Below, in pieces: positions 18,917 to 28,129 of a stretch of 64,000 nt of DNA. A program made the position numbers and the translations under genes. Under the pieces are notes generated by a model, which was not told the DNA's origin, did not search any database, and was given only the letters and a program-made list of their open reading frames with translations. Origin of the DNA: an uncultured Alphaproteobacteria bacterium (GTDB lineage Bacteria > Pseudomonadota > Alphaproteobacteria > CAAHEQ01 > UBA3637); assembly GCA_949292205.1 (NCBI GenBank), contig CASEYR010000002.1, positions 34,777 through 98,776 on the forward strand. Direction: 5' to 3'. Position 1 is the first letter of the stretch. Each line of letters starts with the position of its first letter.

Positions 18917-20998
18917 ATGAGTCTTGCTTCATTTTTTAATCCGGCCTCAATAGCAGTTGTCGGTGTTTCTGCGGATCCGTCAAAGTTAGGTTCCGTTGTC
19001 TTTAAAAATGTGATTGATGCCGGCTTTAAGGGACAATTATTCGGCGTTAATCCCAAGTTAGCCGGTCAAGAAGTCATGGGAAAACCCTGTTATGCTTCCG
19101 TCAAAGATATTCCGCAACCGGTCGATTTAGTCGTTGTTTTGGTTCCGGCACGCTTTACAATGCCTGTCATTGATGATGCTATTGCCGCTCATGCTAAAAA
19201 CATCAGCATTATTACTGCCGGATTCGGAGAAGTCGGTAATCATGAATTAGAAGATGAAATTGCTCGCAAGTGTTTAGAAGCCGGTATCAATCTGTTAGGA
19301 CCAAACTGCTTAGGTCATATTTCAACATTTGACCATGTTAATGCCAGCTTTGCCGATGGTTTTCCGGCTCAAGGAAATGTGGCATTTATTTCTCAATCAG
19401 GGGCTTATTGCTCGGCCATTATGGATTGGGCTCGCGAAAAAGGAATCGGCTTTTCACATTTTATCTCTATCGGAAACAAAGCTGATTTAGCGGAAGACAG
19501 TTTACTGTCTGCCATTGCCGAAGATGAAAATACAAAAGCTTTTGTATTTTATTTAGAGTCCTTAAAACACGGCACGGCCTTTTTAAAAGCATTAAAGCAA
19601 GTAACAAAAACAAAGCCTGTTGTGATTATGGAACCGGGTAAGTCGCAGAAAGCACAAGCAGCCAGTCTGTCACATACCGGATCTTTGGCTCCCAACTATC
19701 GTGTTTTGGAAATTGCCTTACAACGTTCCGGCGCTATTCAAGCCTATACAACCCGCGATATGTTCGGCTTGTTAGAGATTTTACAATATGCTCATCATAA
19801 CGAATTTGACGGTTCGTTGGCTGTTTTAACAAATGCCGGCGGTGTCGGTGTGTTAACATCTGATTTGTGTGAAGAAGCAGGACTGGATTTAGCTCGTCCA
19901 TCCGAAAAAACAATTGAGGTTTTAAAAGCTCATTTACCGGCTGAATCCGCTTTCGGAAACCCGATTGATGTTATCGGAGACGCTAAAGCAGATCGTTATG
20001 AAACCGCTTTGGATATCTTGTGTGCCTCCGGTGAATACAAGAACATTTTAGTTCTATTAACGCCACAAATGGTAACCGACGCCAAAGGAACGGCCGAAGC
20101 AATTGCTCGCATTGCACCGAAGTATCCTAAGGTTAATATCTTTGCAGCTTTTGTCGGCGGAGCAAAGGTAAAAGAAGGTCGTGCTATTTTAGATGCCGCT
20201 AAAATCTTAAATTACGAATATCCAACGGATATCGTTCGCTTATTAGGCTTACTGAAAGCACAAATGGCTTTCCGCGGATTACCTGAAATCACGGTTGATA
20301 CGCAAGAAGTTCCATCGGAAATTCGTCAAGCCGTTGCAGCTGCTAAAGCCGAAGGTTTGGCTTCTTTACCGCAAAAAACAGTGAATATGATTATGGATCA
20401 CTATGGTATTGATTATCCGAAATCCGGTAACTTTACGGATAAGGCCGAGGCACTGGCTTTCTGTAAGACTGTATTTCCGGCTCCCGTTGTATTAAAATTA
20501 TCGGCACCGGATGCTTTGCATAAGACGGAAATGAAGGGTATTTACCTGAACATTGACGATGAAGCTAAATTCAACGAGGCTTTTGATGGATTAACAGCAA
20601 CGATTGCCAAGTTCCAATTAAAAGGAGCCAGTGTTTTAATCCAAGAAATGATTGTCAAAGCAACAGAGACAATTATCGGTGTCAATTCAGATAAGAACTT
20701 CGGTCGCGTCATGGTCTTTGGAACAGGTGGTATTTATACGGAAGTTATGAAAGATACAACGTTACGAATTTTACCGGCAGCCGATTTTGACACGATGATT
20801 CGAGAAACAAAAGTCGGTACGATTTTGAACGGTGTTCGGGGTGAAGATCCGAAAGCAGTCGGACCATTAGCCGACACGTTGGCAAAAATCCAACGGTTAG
20901 TTTTAGAGATTCCGGAAATCACATCAATTGATGCCAACCCGGCATTGATTACAAAAGACAGAGCCGTTGTGGTTGATTTTAAGATGCTTTTGAAATAA
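18917..20998 (+). CDS. ADP-forming acetate/acyl-CoA ligase, alpha-beta fusion
   Basis: CoA-binding domain, GPNCLG, SQSGA, SHTG phospho-His, TNAGG, NPIDV, ATP-grasp LHKTE..DANP; no GNAT domain. Confidence 0.9.
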   Translation: MSLASFFNPASIAVVGVSADPSKLGSVVFKNVIDAGFKGQLFGVNPKLAGQEVMGKPCYASVKDIPQPVDLVVVLVPARFTMPVIDDAIAAHAKNISIITAGFGEVGNHELEDEIARKCLEAGINLLGPNCLGHISTFDHVNASFADGFPAQGNVAFISQSGAYCSAIMDWAREKGIGFSHFISIGNKADLAEDSLLSAIAEDENTKAFVFYLESLKHGTAFLKALKQVTKTKPVVIMEPGKSQKAQAASLSHTGSLAPNYRVLEIALQRSGAIQAYTTRDMFGLLEILQYAHHNEFDGSLAVLTNAGGVGVLTSDLCEEAGLDLARPSEKTIEVLKAHLPAESAFGNPIDVIGDAKADRYETALDILCASGEYKNILVLLTPQMVTDAKGTAEAIARIAPKYPKVNIFAAFVGGAKVKEGRAILDAAKILNYEYPTDIVRLLGLLKAQMAFRGLPEITVDTQEVPSEIRQAVAAAKAEGLASLPQKTVNMIMDHYGIDYPKSGNFTDKAEALAFCKTVFPAPVVLKLSAPDALHKTEMKGIYLNIDDEAKFNEAFDGLTATIAKFQLKGASVLIQEMIVKATETIIGVNSDKNFGRVMVFGTGGIYTEVMKDTTLRILPAADFDTMIRETKVGTILNGVRGEDPKAVGPLADTLAKIQRLVLEIPEITSIDANPALITKDRAVVVDFKMLLK

Positions 20999-21015
20999 CG
21001 GCAAGCTCTTTAAAT

Positions 21016-21051
21016 AAAACGGCTTTCCGAGGTGGAGAGCCGTTTTGTTTT
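21016..21051 (+). terminator. Rho-independent terminator
   Basis: AAAACGGCTTTCC-gaggt-GGAGAGCCGTTTTGTTTT. Confidence 0.8.
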
Positions 21052-21120
21052 ACTGGGCTCATACAAAAAAGACTTGATTTTTCAAAAAGACAAGCGTATA
21101 CTGTTTTTCGTCTTTTATCA

Positions 21121-21195
21121 GACCCTATCATCTAACGGTTAGGATACAGCCCTCTCAAGGCTGGTATACGGGTTCGAATCCCGTTAGGGTCGCCA
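21121..21195 (+). tRNA. tRNA-Glu(CTC)
   Basis: GACCCTA acceptor, CAGCC-CT-CTC-AA-GGCTG anticodon arm, GGTTCGAATCC, CCA; TTGATT..TATACT promoter upstream. Confidence 0.95.
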
Positions 21196-21200
21196 ATCGC

Positions 21201-21230
21201 AACACCCTTAAAGATTGAGGGTGTTTTTTT
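21201..21230 (+). terminator. Terminator after tRNA-Glu
   Basis: AACACCCTTAA-aga-TTGAGGGTGTT followed by a T tract. Confidence 0.8.
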
Positions 21231-21231
21231 G

Positions 21232-21642
21232 TTATAAATCCAAAGATAAATCACGCTTTCTTATCAAGGCTTGAAAGCGTTTCTTATCATACTCACGAAC
21301 TTCAATACCGGCAGAACGCAACCAATCCGCAACTAGCTGACGATGACAAAACTCTTCCGGTTTTTCATAGCAACATAATACAATATTATCACCGAACGCT
21401 TGTAAACGATGAGCAATCACTTTGGGATTTAATTTATCCAAAACAGTTTCTTGATACTTTGATTTATACCACTCAACAGACAGCTTTTTATCATGCCATT
21501 CTTTCCACCAGCTATATTTCGGAGCCAAAACTTTAAATTGGATTCCCTTATAAAAATCAGGAGCATATCCGGCAATAGACACAGGAATAAGACCGGCACG
21601 TTCATAATCAGAAATATCTTTAAACCTGCCCGTATAAATCAT
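21232..21642 (-). CDS. DUF488-like protein
   Basis: MIYTG..SIA..P..LAP..W, LCCYEKPEEFCHRQLVADWL. Confidence 0.7.
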   Translation of the reverse strand: MIYTGRFKDISDYERAGLIPVSIAGYAPDFYKGIQFKVLAPKYSWWKEWHDKKLSVEWYKSKYQETVLDKLNPKVIAHRLQAFGDNIVLCCYEKPEEFCHRQLVADWLRSAGIEVREYDKKRFQALIRKRDLSLDL

Positions 21643-21666
21643 TTCTGACTCCGTTATAGCTAACTG

Positions 21667-22926
21667 CTATTGATTCATACTTTCAAAAAAATCGTCGTTT
21701 GTTTTGGTTTGACGTAGCTTTTCCATCAAGAACTCCATAGAATCCGTAACGCCCATCGGCATAAGGACACGCCGTAAGACCCACATCTTTTGAAGCCGAG
21801 CCCGATCCACCAATAATTCCTCTTTCCGAGTCCCTGATTTTGTAATATCAATGGCAGGGAAAATACGTTTATCGGACACCTTACGATCCAAAATAATTTC
21901 GCTGTTACCTGTTCCTTTAAACTCTTCAAAAATAACCTCATCCATTCTGGAGCCTGTGTCAATCAAAGCTGTTCCGAAGATTGTTAAAGAGCCGCCCTCT
22001 TCCACATTCCGAGCGGCACCAAAAAAGCGTTTGGGCTTTTGCAGAGCATTTGCATCAACACCACCGGTTAAGACTTTCCCCGAGCTTGGAATAACCGTAT
22101 TATAAGCTCTTGCCAAACGCGTAATGGAATCCAATAGAATAATCACATCTTTCTTATGCTCCACCAACCGTTTAGCTTTTTCAATAACCATTTCGGCGAC
22201 TTGAACGTGTCTGGCAGCAGGCTCATCAAATGTCGAGCTAATTACCTCACCCTTAACCGAGCGAATCATATCCGTTACTTCTTCGGGACGCTCATCAATC
22301 AGCAACATAATCAGATGAGCCTTCGGATAGTTTGCCGTAATGGCATGAGCGATATTTTTCAACATAACCGTTTTACCCGTTCTGGGTGGAGCCACAATCA
22401 AACTACGCTGTCCCATTCCCTGTGGGCAGATTAAGTCAATAATCCGAGCTGTTAAATCCTTATCATCCGGTGTTGTATCATGCTCCATTTTAATGGCTCT
22501 TTCCGGATAGAGAGGCGTTAAATCATCAAAGTTTATACGATACCTCAGCTCTTCCGGTTTAACGAAGTTAACAGTATCAATACGTGTTAAAGAGAAGTAT
22601 TTTTCACCGTTTTTGGGAGCACTAATTTCTCCTTCAACCGTATCCCCCGTCCGAAGTCCCCATTTTTTGATATGCATCGGAGCCACATAAATATCATCCG
22701 GTCCGGCTAAATAATTAGCTTCCGGAGAACGCAAAAAGCCAAAACCGTCTTGCATAACTTCTAAAACGCCCTCGCCATACAAAGTGGTTTCCGTTTCGGC
22801 CAGACGTTTCAAAATAGCATACATTAAATCTTGTGTCCGCAATGAAGCGGCATTTTCAACTTCCAACTCTTCCGCATAAACCAACAGCTCTGCGGGGGTT
22901 TTCTTTTTAAGATCCTTTAATTGCAT
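21667..22926 (-). CDS. rho: Transcription termination factor Rho
   Basis: [36 protein letters not shown]; start chosen at MQLKDLK (track start TTG 22947). Confidence 0.98.
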   Translation of the reverse strand: MQLKDLKKKTPAELLVYAEELEVENAASLRTQDLMYAILKRLAETETTLYGEGVLEVMQDGFGFLRSPEANYLAGPDDIYVAPMHIKKWGLRTGDTVEGEISAPKNGEKYFSLTRIDTVNFVKPEELRYRINFDDLTPLYPERAIKMEHDTTPDDKDLTARIIDLICPQGMGQRSLIVAPPRTGKTVMLKNIAHAITANYPKAHLIMLLIDERPEEVTDMIRSVKGEVISSTFDEPAARHVQVAEMVIEKAKRLVEHKKDVIILLDSITRLARAYNTVIPSSGKVLTGGVDANALQKPKRFFGAARNVEEGGSLTIFGTALIDTGSRMDEVIFEEFKGTGNSEIILDRKVSDKRIFPAIDITKSGTRKEELLVDRARLQKMWVLRRVLMPMGVTDSMEFLMEKLRQTKTNDDFFESMNQ

Positions 22927-23022
22927 TTGGGATTCCTGTTCTGTCAAAAAAAATGGGAAAAATCATTACCGAACGGTAACGATTTTATTATATGCAAAAT
23001 ATACCTGACAAGTCAAGTCCTT

Positions 23023-23718
23023 TTAATTCAATACGTTCTTTTCTTTATCTTCCTGTAAAATATATCCCCGTCCCCAAACGGTATGAATATATTGCTCGCC
23101 ACCGGATAGTTTTTCAATTTTACGACGAATTTTACACAAAAAAACATCAATAATTTTCATCTCGGGTTCATCCATACCGCCGTAGAGATGATTTAAAAAC
23201 TGCTCTTTACTGACCGTCATTCCCCGTCTTAAACACAACAACTCCACCAAAGCATATTCTTTTCCTGTCAGGTGAAGTATTTGACCGGCAACCGTTACAA
23301 CCTTTGTCAGTAAATTAATTTCCATTTTACCGACACGAATGATGGAATGAGCATGTCCATGGGACCGACGAACAATAGCGTGGATTCTGGCGTATAATTC
23401 ATTTTTATCACAGGGTTTTGTCACATAATCGTCGGCACCGTATCCGAAACACTCTACCTTTTTAGAGGGTAATAAAACACCGGATAAAATCAAAATCGGC
23501 GTATCTATATCCGAAGCACGTAAGTATTTTAAAATTTCGTACCCCGGCACATCCGGCAACATCAAGTCTAAAATAATGATATCGTAATCATACAATTTGG
23601 CTAATTCACGCCCGTCTTCTCCCGAGTAAGCCGAATCAACCGTCATTCCCTGATTTTTCAAAAAGAAAGAGATTCCTTGATTAAACGGCTTGTCATCATC
23701 AATTATCAATACACGCAT
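23023..23718 (-). CDS. ctrA: Cell-cycle response regulator CtrA
   Basis: REC plus [38 protein letters not shown] signature. Confidence 0.93.
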   Translation of the reverse strand: MRVLIIDDDKPFNQGISFFLKNQGMTVDSAYSGEDGRELAKLYDYDIIILDLMLPDVPGYEILKYLRASDIDTPILILSGVLLPSKKVECFGYGADDYVTKPCDKNELYARIHAIVRRSHGHAHSIIRVGKMEINLLTKVVTVAGQILHLTGKEYALVELLCLRRGMTVSKEQFLNHLYGGMDEPEMKIIDVFLCKIRRKIEKLSGGEQYIHTVWGRGYILQEDKEKNVLN

Positions 23719-23742
23719 ATTCGGCTCCTTGTTTCCAATAAA

Positions 23743-23757
23743 TTAACCTTATGTTAA
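23743..23757. promoter_or_regulatory. CtrA box upstream of ctrA
   Basis: TTAA-CCTTATG-TTAA (TTAA-N7-TTAA) about 25 bp upstream of the ctrA start. Confidence 0.7.
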
Positions 23758-23815
23758 TTTTATCTGAAAAGCAAGAAAAAACTGACAGGACTTATATCAG
23801 ATAAAATTTACTTTT

Positions 23816-25057
23816 TCACACCAGAACCAGTTCTGACTGTTTTCGGCGTTCAAATAAGTGTTGTAATAAATTATGGTCACATCTTTTAATCAACTTTTGA
23901 ACTTTTTTCTGCTTAAAGCAATGAACTTTGTTATCCATACATAACCTATTTATTTTAAAAAATAAATGATTACTTTCCTGAATCAAACTTCTTTTAAAAT
24001 CCAATAAAAGAAGACTCATTTTTTTTAACTCTTTCAACTGACTGTTACGTTTTGGTGTCTGTGCGTAAGCACGCCAAAATGCCATCATTTTTTCGGTTGT
24101 ATCTGATGAAACGGTATAATTATGAATTTCATTTAAAATGGATTGGTACAATAAACAGCTGCCATTCGCTTTAGCCTCGGCTAATTTAACAATCATATAT
24201 ATCGGCATTAATTCAACACCTCGATGATGAACCGGATATTTCCAATTCTCCTGATCAGACCCCCCCCATCCTAATATACGACATATCATTTCTTCCTGAT
24301 AGGTCATTTTCTGATCTTTTGGATTTGATTGATTGTATAAGGAACACTGAAATAACAGAGCCAGCTCTTGCGAGACAAAATGATAGTAAGGTTGAACAAA
24401 CCGATGATCTTTTCCCCGTTTCTCGTAGTACTGTTTATAAGCCACTCCCCATCGTTTAGAATCAAGCATACACTGATACATTCGATTTAAACTCATCCAT
24501 TTTAAACAAATATCTGAACAGCAAACCGTTTTTTCCGGAGTAGATGCCATAAATATATCATCGGATAAAATAAAATGTCCCAGTTCATGAGCCAGAGTAC
24601 AACTTTGTAAAACAGATTGATAAGCAGGGATACAAAAAGAAATCCGATGACGGGCGGCAGAAAAACAAGCCCTCATTTTCCGATTTTTATCTTCCGGTAT
24701 TTGATGATAAAAACAAAATTGAATACCTTCTTTTTGAGCAGCACGCAACAAACCATCCATTCCGTTGCTACGCAACATTTTATATTCTTCAAAAAAAGTG
24801 TCAAGAGACTTTTTAACCGATAAATCAAGCGACCCAAATTGAATATCTGTTTCTTTTTTTAAACAAGCCTCAACAACTTTTCCAAACTGTCCGTTTTGAA
24901 CAATTCCGTATCCGATACCACCGATACAAATAGGTTGATCTGATATATCCATCAACCAAATATCCGGCAATACCTCCCGATACCAAATACCAGAGGCGTC
25001 AACCAGCTTGTCTGATTTGATGGGAACAGCGACCTTATTACATAACAATGTACGCAT
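23816..25057 (-). CDS. Hypothetical protein with HExxH (ImmA/IrrE-like) motif
   Basis: 413-aa AT-rich ORF, TLAHELGHFIL. Confidence 0.6.
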   Translation of the reverse strand: MRTLLCNKVAVPIKSDKLVDASGIWYREVLPDIWLMDISDQPICIGGIGYGIVQNGQFGKVVEACLKKETDIQFGSLDLSVKKSLDTFFEEYKMLRSNGMDGLLRAAQKEGIQFCFYHQIPEDKNRKMRACFSAARHRISFCIPAYQSVLQSCTLAHELGHFILSDDIFMASTPEKTVCCSDICLKWMSLNRMYQCMLDSKRWGVAYKQYYEKRGKDHRFVQPYYHFVSQELALLFQCSLYNQSNPKDQKMTYQEEMICRILGWGGSDQENWKYPVHHRGVELMPIYMIVKLAEAKANGSCLLYQSILNEIHNYTVSSDTTEKMMAFWRAYAQTPKRNSQLKELKKMSLLLLDFKRSLIQESNHLFFKINRLCMDNKVHCFKQKKVQKLIKRCDHNLLQHLFERRKQSELVLV

Positions 25058-25143
25058 ATATTATTTTCCGATATAAGACAAATGAAGATATATCCGTTTC
25101 AATTTGTTGACTTTTGTTTATTCAATATTTCCCTAAAATCTGA

Positions 25144-26538
25144 CTATAAAACACGCCATACAGGACCTTGCGGTGTATCTTTCACTTCTATTCCTTGCTC
25201 TAACAATTTTTGTTTGATTGCATCGGCATTTGCCCAATCTTTAGCTAACCGATAAGCTTGCCGTTGATCAATCAAAGCTTGTTGTTCATCGGTCAATGAA
25301 TGTTCTTTCGGCTTAGGCAGAATCATCAAGACCGTATTGAATTTTTCCATTGCCGATAAAACAGCCTCTGCATCGGATTGACTGAGTTTATTAAAGTTTT
25401 TATTTACTTCATTCATAAACTCAAAAACAGCGGCCAAAGCAACCGGCGTGTTCAAGTCATCATCCATTCCCTTTTCAAAGCCTTCCAAAGCTCGTTGAAT
25501 AGTTAGTGGCAGTTCTGCCCACCCAGCTCCTTTTGCTTCGTGACGCAACCGATCTAAAAAGTTCCCTAATCGTCCGATAACACTTTCATTTCCAGGGAGA
25601 TTTTGCTCTTGGAAGTCCATTTTCTGACGATAATGAGCCTTAACAAACTCATACCGAATGGCTTCCGGCGAGAATCCTTTTTCAAGTAGTTCACTAACCG
25701 TAAAGCAATTTCCTAAAGACTTGGACATCTTTTGACCATTGACTGTAATATGCTCATTATGCATCCAATAGTTAACGAATTTACCTTCGTAGGCGCATTC
25801 GGATTGAGCAATCTCATTTGTATGATGTGGAAAGACCAAATCAATACCACCGGTATGAATATCAAACGGTTGCCCTAAATATTTGCGTGCCATGGCCGAG
25901 CACTCAATAGACCAACCGGGACGACCTTGCCCGAAAGGCGTATCCCAATAATTATCACCATCACGTTCTTCTCGGGCTTTCCAAAGAGCGAAATCTTGAG
26001 CATCTTCTTTACCATACTCATCAGCCAAACGCCCGTCGGCATTTGCCAACAAAGACTTTGGCTCGATACCGGCCATTTGCCCATACTCTTTAAAGCTGCT
26101 GATTTTAAAGAAGACATCACCTCGTTCCGTTTTATAGGCATGCCCGTTATCCAACAAGTGTTGAATCAATTCAATCATTGCATCTATTTCTTCCGTTGCC
26201 CGTGGAATAATATCCGGTTTTTGAATCCCCAAAACAGCACAATCTTTCAAAAAAGCGTCGGCATAAAAATCTGTAAACTCGCGTAACGATTTCCCGGCTG
26301 CTCGTGAATCTCGAATCGTTTTATCATCCACATCCGTGAAATTCATACAAAACGTAACTTTGTATCCCTTATAACGTAAATAGCGGTTCAATAAATCATA
26401 AAAAACAAAAGCCCGCATATTTCCGATATGCGCGTAATTATAAATCGTTGGTCCACATCCATAAAACCGAACTTCTCCATCTCGGATCGGCTTAAATATC
26501 TCTTTCTGATGTGTTGCGGTATTATAGACTGTCAACAT
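25144..26538 (-). CDS. cysS: Cysteine-tRNA ligase
   Basis: CGPTIYNYAHIGN, GRPGWSIECSAM, FPHH.NE, KMSKS; start chosen at MLTVYNT after AGGAG. Confidence 0.97.
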   Translation of the reverse strand: MLTVYNTATHQKEIFKPIRDGEVRFYGCGPTIYNYAHIGNMRAFVFYDLLNRYLRYKGYKVTFCMNFTDVDDKTIRDSRAAGKSLREFTDFYADAFLKDCAVLGIQKPDIIPRATEEIDAMIELIQHLLDNGHAYKTERGDVFFKISSFKEYGQMAGIEPKSLLANADGRLADEYGKEDAQDFALWKAREERDGDNYWDTPFGQGRPGWSIECSAMARKYLGQPFDIHTGGIDLVFPHHTNEIAQSECAYEGKFVNYWMHNEHITVNGQKMSKSLGNCFTVSELLEKGFSPEAIRYEFVKAHYRQKMDFQEQNLPGNESVIGRLGNFLDRLRHEAKGAGWAELPLTIQRALEGFEKGMDDDLNTPVALAAVFEFMNEVNKNFNKLSQSDAEAVLSAMEKFNTVLMILPKPKEHSLTDEQQALIDQRQAYRLAKDWANADAIKQKLLEQGIEVKDTPQGPVWRVL

Positions 26539-26562
26539 ACTATTTTTTTCTCCTTTATTGAT

Positions 26563-26894
26563 TGGGGATAAATCTATCATATTTTCCTTCATTTTGCAAT
26601 CCCAAAAAGCATGAAAATTTATCCACCGATACCCCCAAAAAAATCATATTAAAAAAATATAATAGAAGTAGTTGGTGATGTTCATAATGGGGATAACTTT
26701 TTTATTTTTTTCTTGACATGATTTTTAATTTTTAACGACTCGGCGTTTTTATTGTTTTTTTCTGACGAAGAGGTCTTTTTTTGAAAGCGAATTTTGAACT
26801 TATTTCCTGTGTATATTTTTTGAATAACTTTGCATAACTTTTCCTTGACAAGCCTTTTTCAGAAAGTTATCCCCATTTTCCACACTTATCCACA
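26563..26894. other. Probable chromosomal replication origin (oriC)
   Basis: DnaA boxes: TTATCCACA 26886-26894, TTATCCCCA 26867-26875, TTTTCCACA 26876-26884, TGGGGATAA 26563-26571 and 26688-26696, TTATCCACC 26619-26627; AT-rich; divergent flanking genes; near rho, dnaQ and parABS. Confidence 0.8.
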
Positions 26895-26952
26895 AGCGCC
26901 TTGCAATTTTGATTTGTTTTAGGTATACTCGACCATAACAAAAGGATAAGAA

Positions 26953-27669
26953 ATGCGAGAGATTGTATTAGATACGGAAACGACGGGATTGGATCCGCTT
27001 CAAGGAGATCGGATAGTTGAGATTGGGTGTGTTGAGCTTATCAACCACGTTCCGACGGGACGCACCTATCAGCGGTATTTAAATCCGGATAAAGCGATGT
27101 CTGCCGAGGTTATAGCCGTGCACGGTTTAACGGATGATTTTTTAGCGGATAAGCCACGTTTTCCCGAGATAGCGGATGAATTTTTAGCTTTTATCGGGGA
27201 TGATGCCAAGCTGGTTATTCACAATGCCGCATTTGATATGAAGTTTTTGAATGCCGAGCTTGAGAAATGTGGGCGTCAATCTTTATCGTATGATCGAGTG
27301 ATTGATACCTTGATTATTGCCCGCCAAAAGTTTCCGGGAAGTCGTGTGAATTTGAACGAGTTGTGTAAGCGTTTTAATGTTGATGCTTCGGCACGAACGG
27401 TTCACGGAGCTCTGCTGGATAGCGAGTTATTGGCTGAAGTGTATTTAGAGCTGATTGGCGGACGCGAACCGGGATTCGTTTTAAATGCGTCTCAGAAGAA
27501 GCAAGCGGATGTTCCCTCTGTTGTGGCAGAGGCAGTATCTTCGACGCAAAAAACATTTCACGAGCCTCGCTCTTTTGCCGTTTCGGAAGAAGAAACAAAA
27601 GCGCATCTTGCTTTTATGCAAAAGATTCCGAATAATTTATGGGGGATTTCAAAAGAAAATGAAAGCTAA
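26953..27669 (+). CDS. dnaQ: DNA polymerase III epsilon subunit
   Basis: LDTETTG, HNAAFD, HGALLD DEDDh motifs. Confidence 0.96.
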   Translation: MREIVLDTETTGLDPLQGDRIVEIGCVELINHVPTGRTYQRYLNPDKAMSAEVIAVHGLTDDFLADKPRFPEIADEFLAFIGDDAKLVIHNAAFDMKFLNAELEKCGRQSLSYDRVIDTLIIARQKFPGSRVNLNELCKRFNVDASARTVHGALLDSELLAEVYLELIGGREPGFVLNASQKKQADVPSVVAEAVSSTQKTFHEPRSFAVSEEETKAHLAFMQKIPNNLWGISKENES

Positions 27670-28126
27670 TTTAATAAGAATGAAACAATTTTGTTGTGTT
27701 GGTTTATTATTTGTCTCAATATCAACACAGGCTCAGATGCTGGACTCATTGTCGGGATTAGCTGTTCAAGGGGCTTTAACGGGACAGTCCGCCTCCTCGG
27801 CTGCTCAAGGATTATCTCTTTTAAAACAGACACAAATTCTGCAGGATTTAAATCAAGTTGCCATGGAAATTAAGATGACTTATATGAATGGTTATCAAGG
27901 TGTTTCCAAAGCATCTGTTTTAGGTCAGCCATTTCAAGGTTTGTCATGGTCGATTGGTTCCGATACAGCTAGACAGTTTTATATAGAGTTATCTGATTTG
28001 GATCAAGCAACGTGTCGTTATTTAGCGACACGCATGACATCGGCACAGAAAGTTCAGATTAACACAAACGGCAGTTCTGCCGATCAGTGTCAACAAACGA
28101 ATACAATTCGCTTTGTTTTTGATTAA
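27659..28126 (+). CDS. Sec-exported pilin-like protein
   Basis: Start MKANLIRMKQF overlapping the dnaQ end; SPase I-type STQA; FYIELSDLDQATC..LA..C..NTIRFVFD pilin-like head. Confidence 0.55.
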   Translation: MKANLIRMKQFCCVGLLFVSISTQAQMLDSLSGLAVQGALTGQSASSAAQGLSLLKQTQILQDLNQVAMEIKMTYMNGYQGVSKASVLGQPFQGLSWSIGSDTARQFYIELSDLDQATCRYLATRMTSAQKVQINTNGSSADQCQQTNTIRFVFD

Positions 28127-28129
28127 AAA

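Noticed and set aside
18917-20998. PatZ/Pka protein acetyltransferase
   Set aside because: No GNAT domain, and the catalytic His motifs of the ligase are intact
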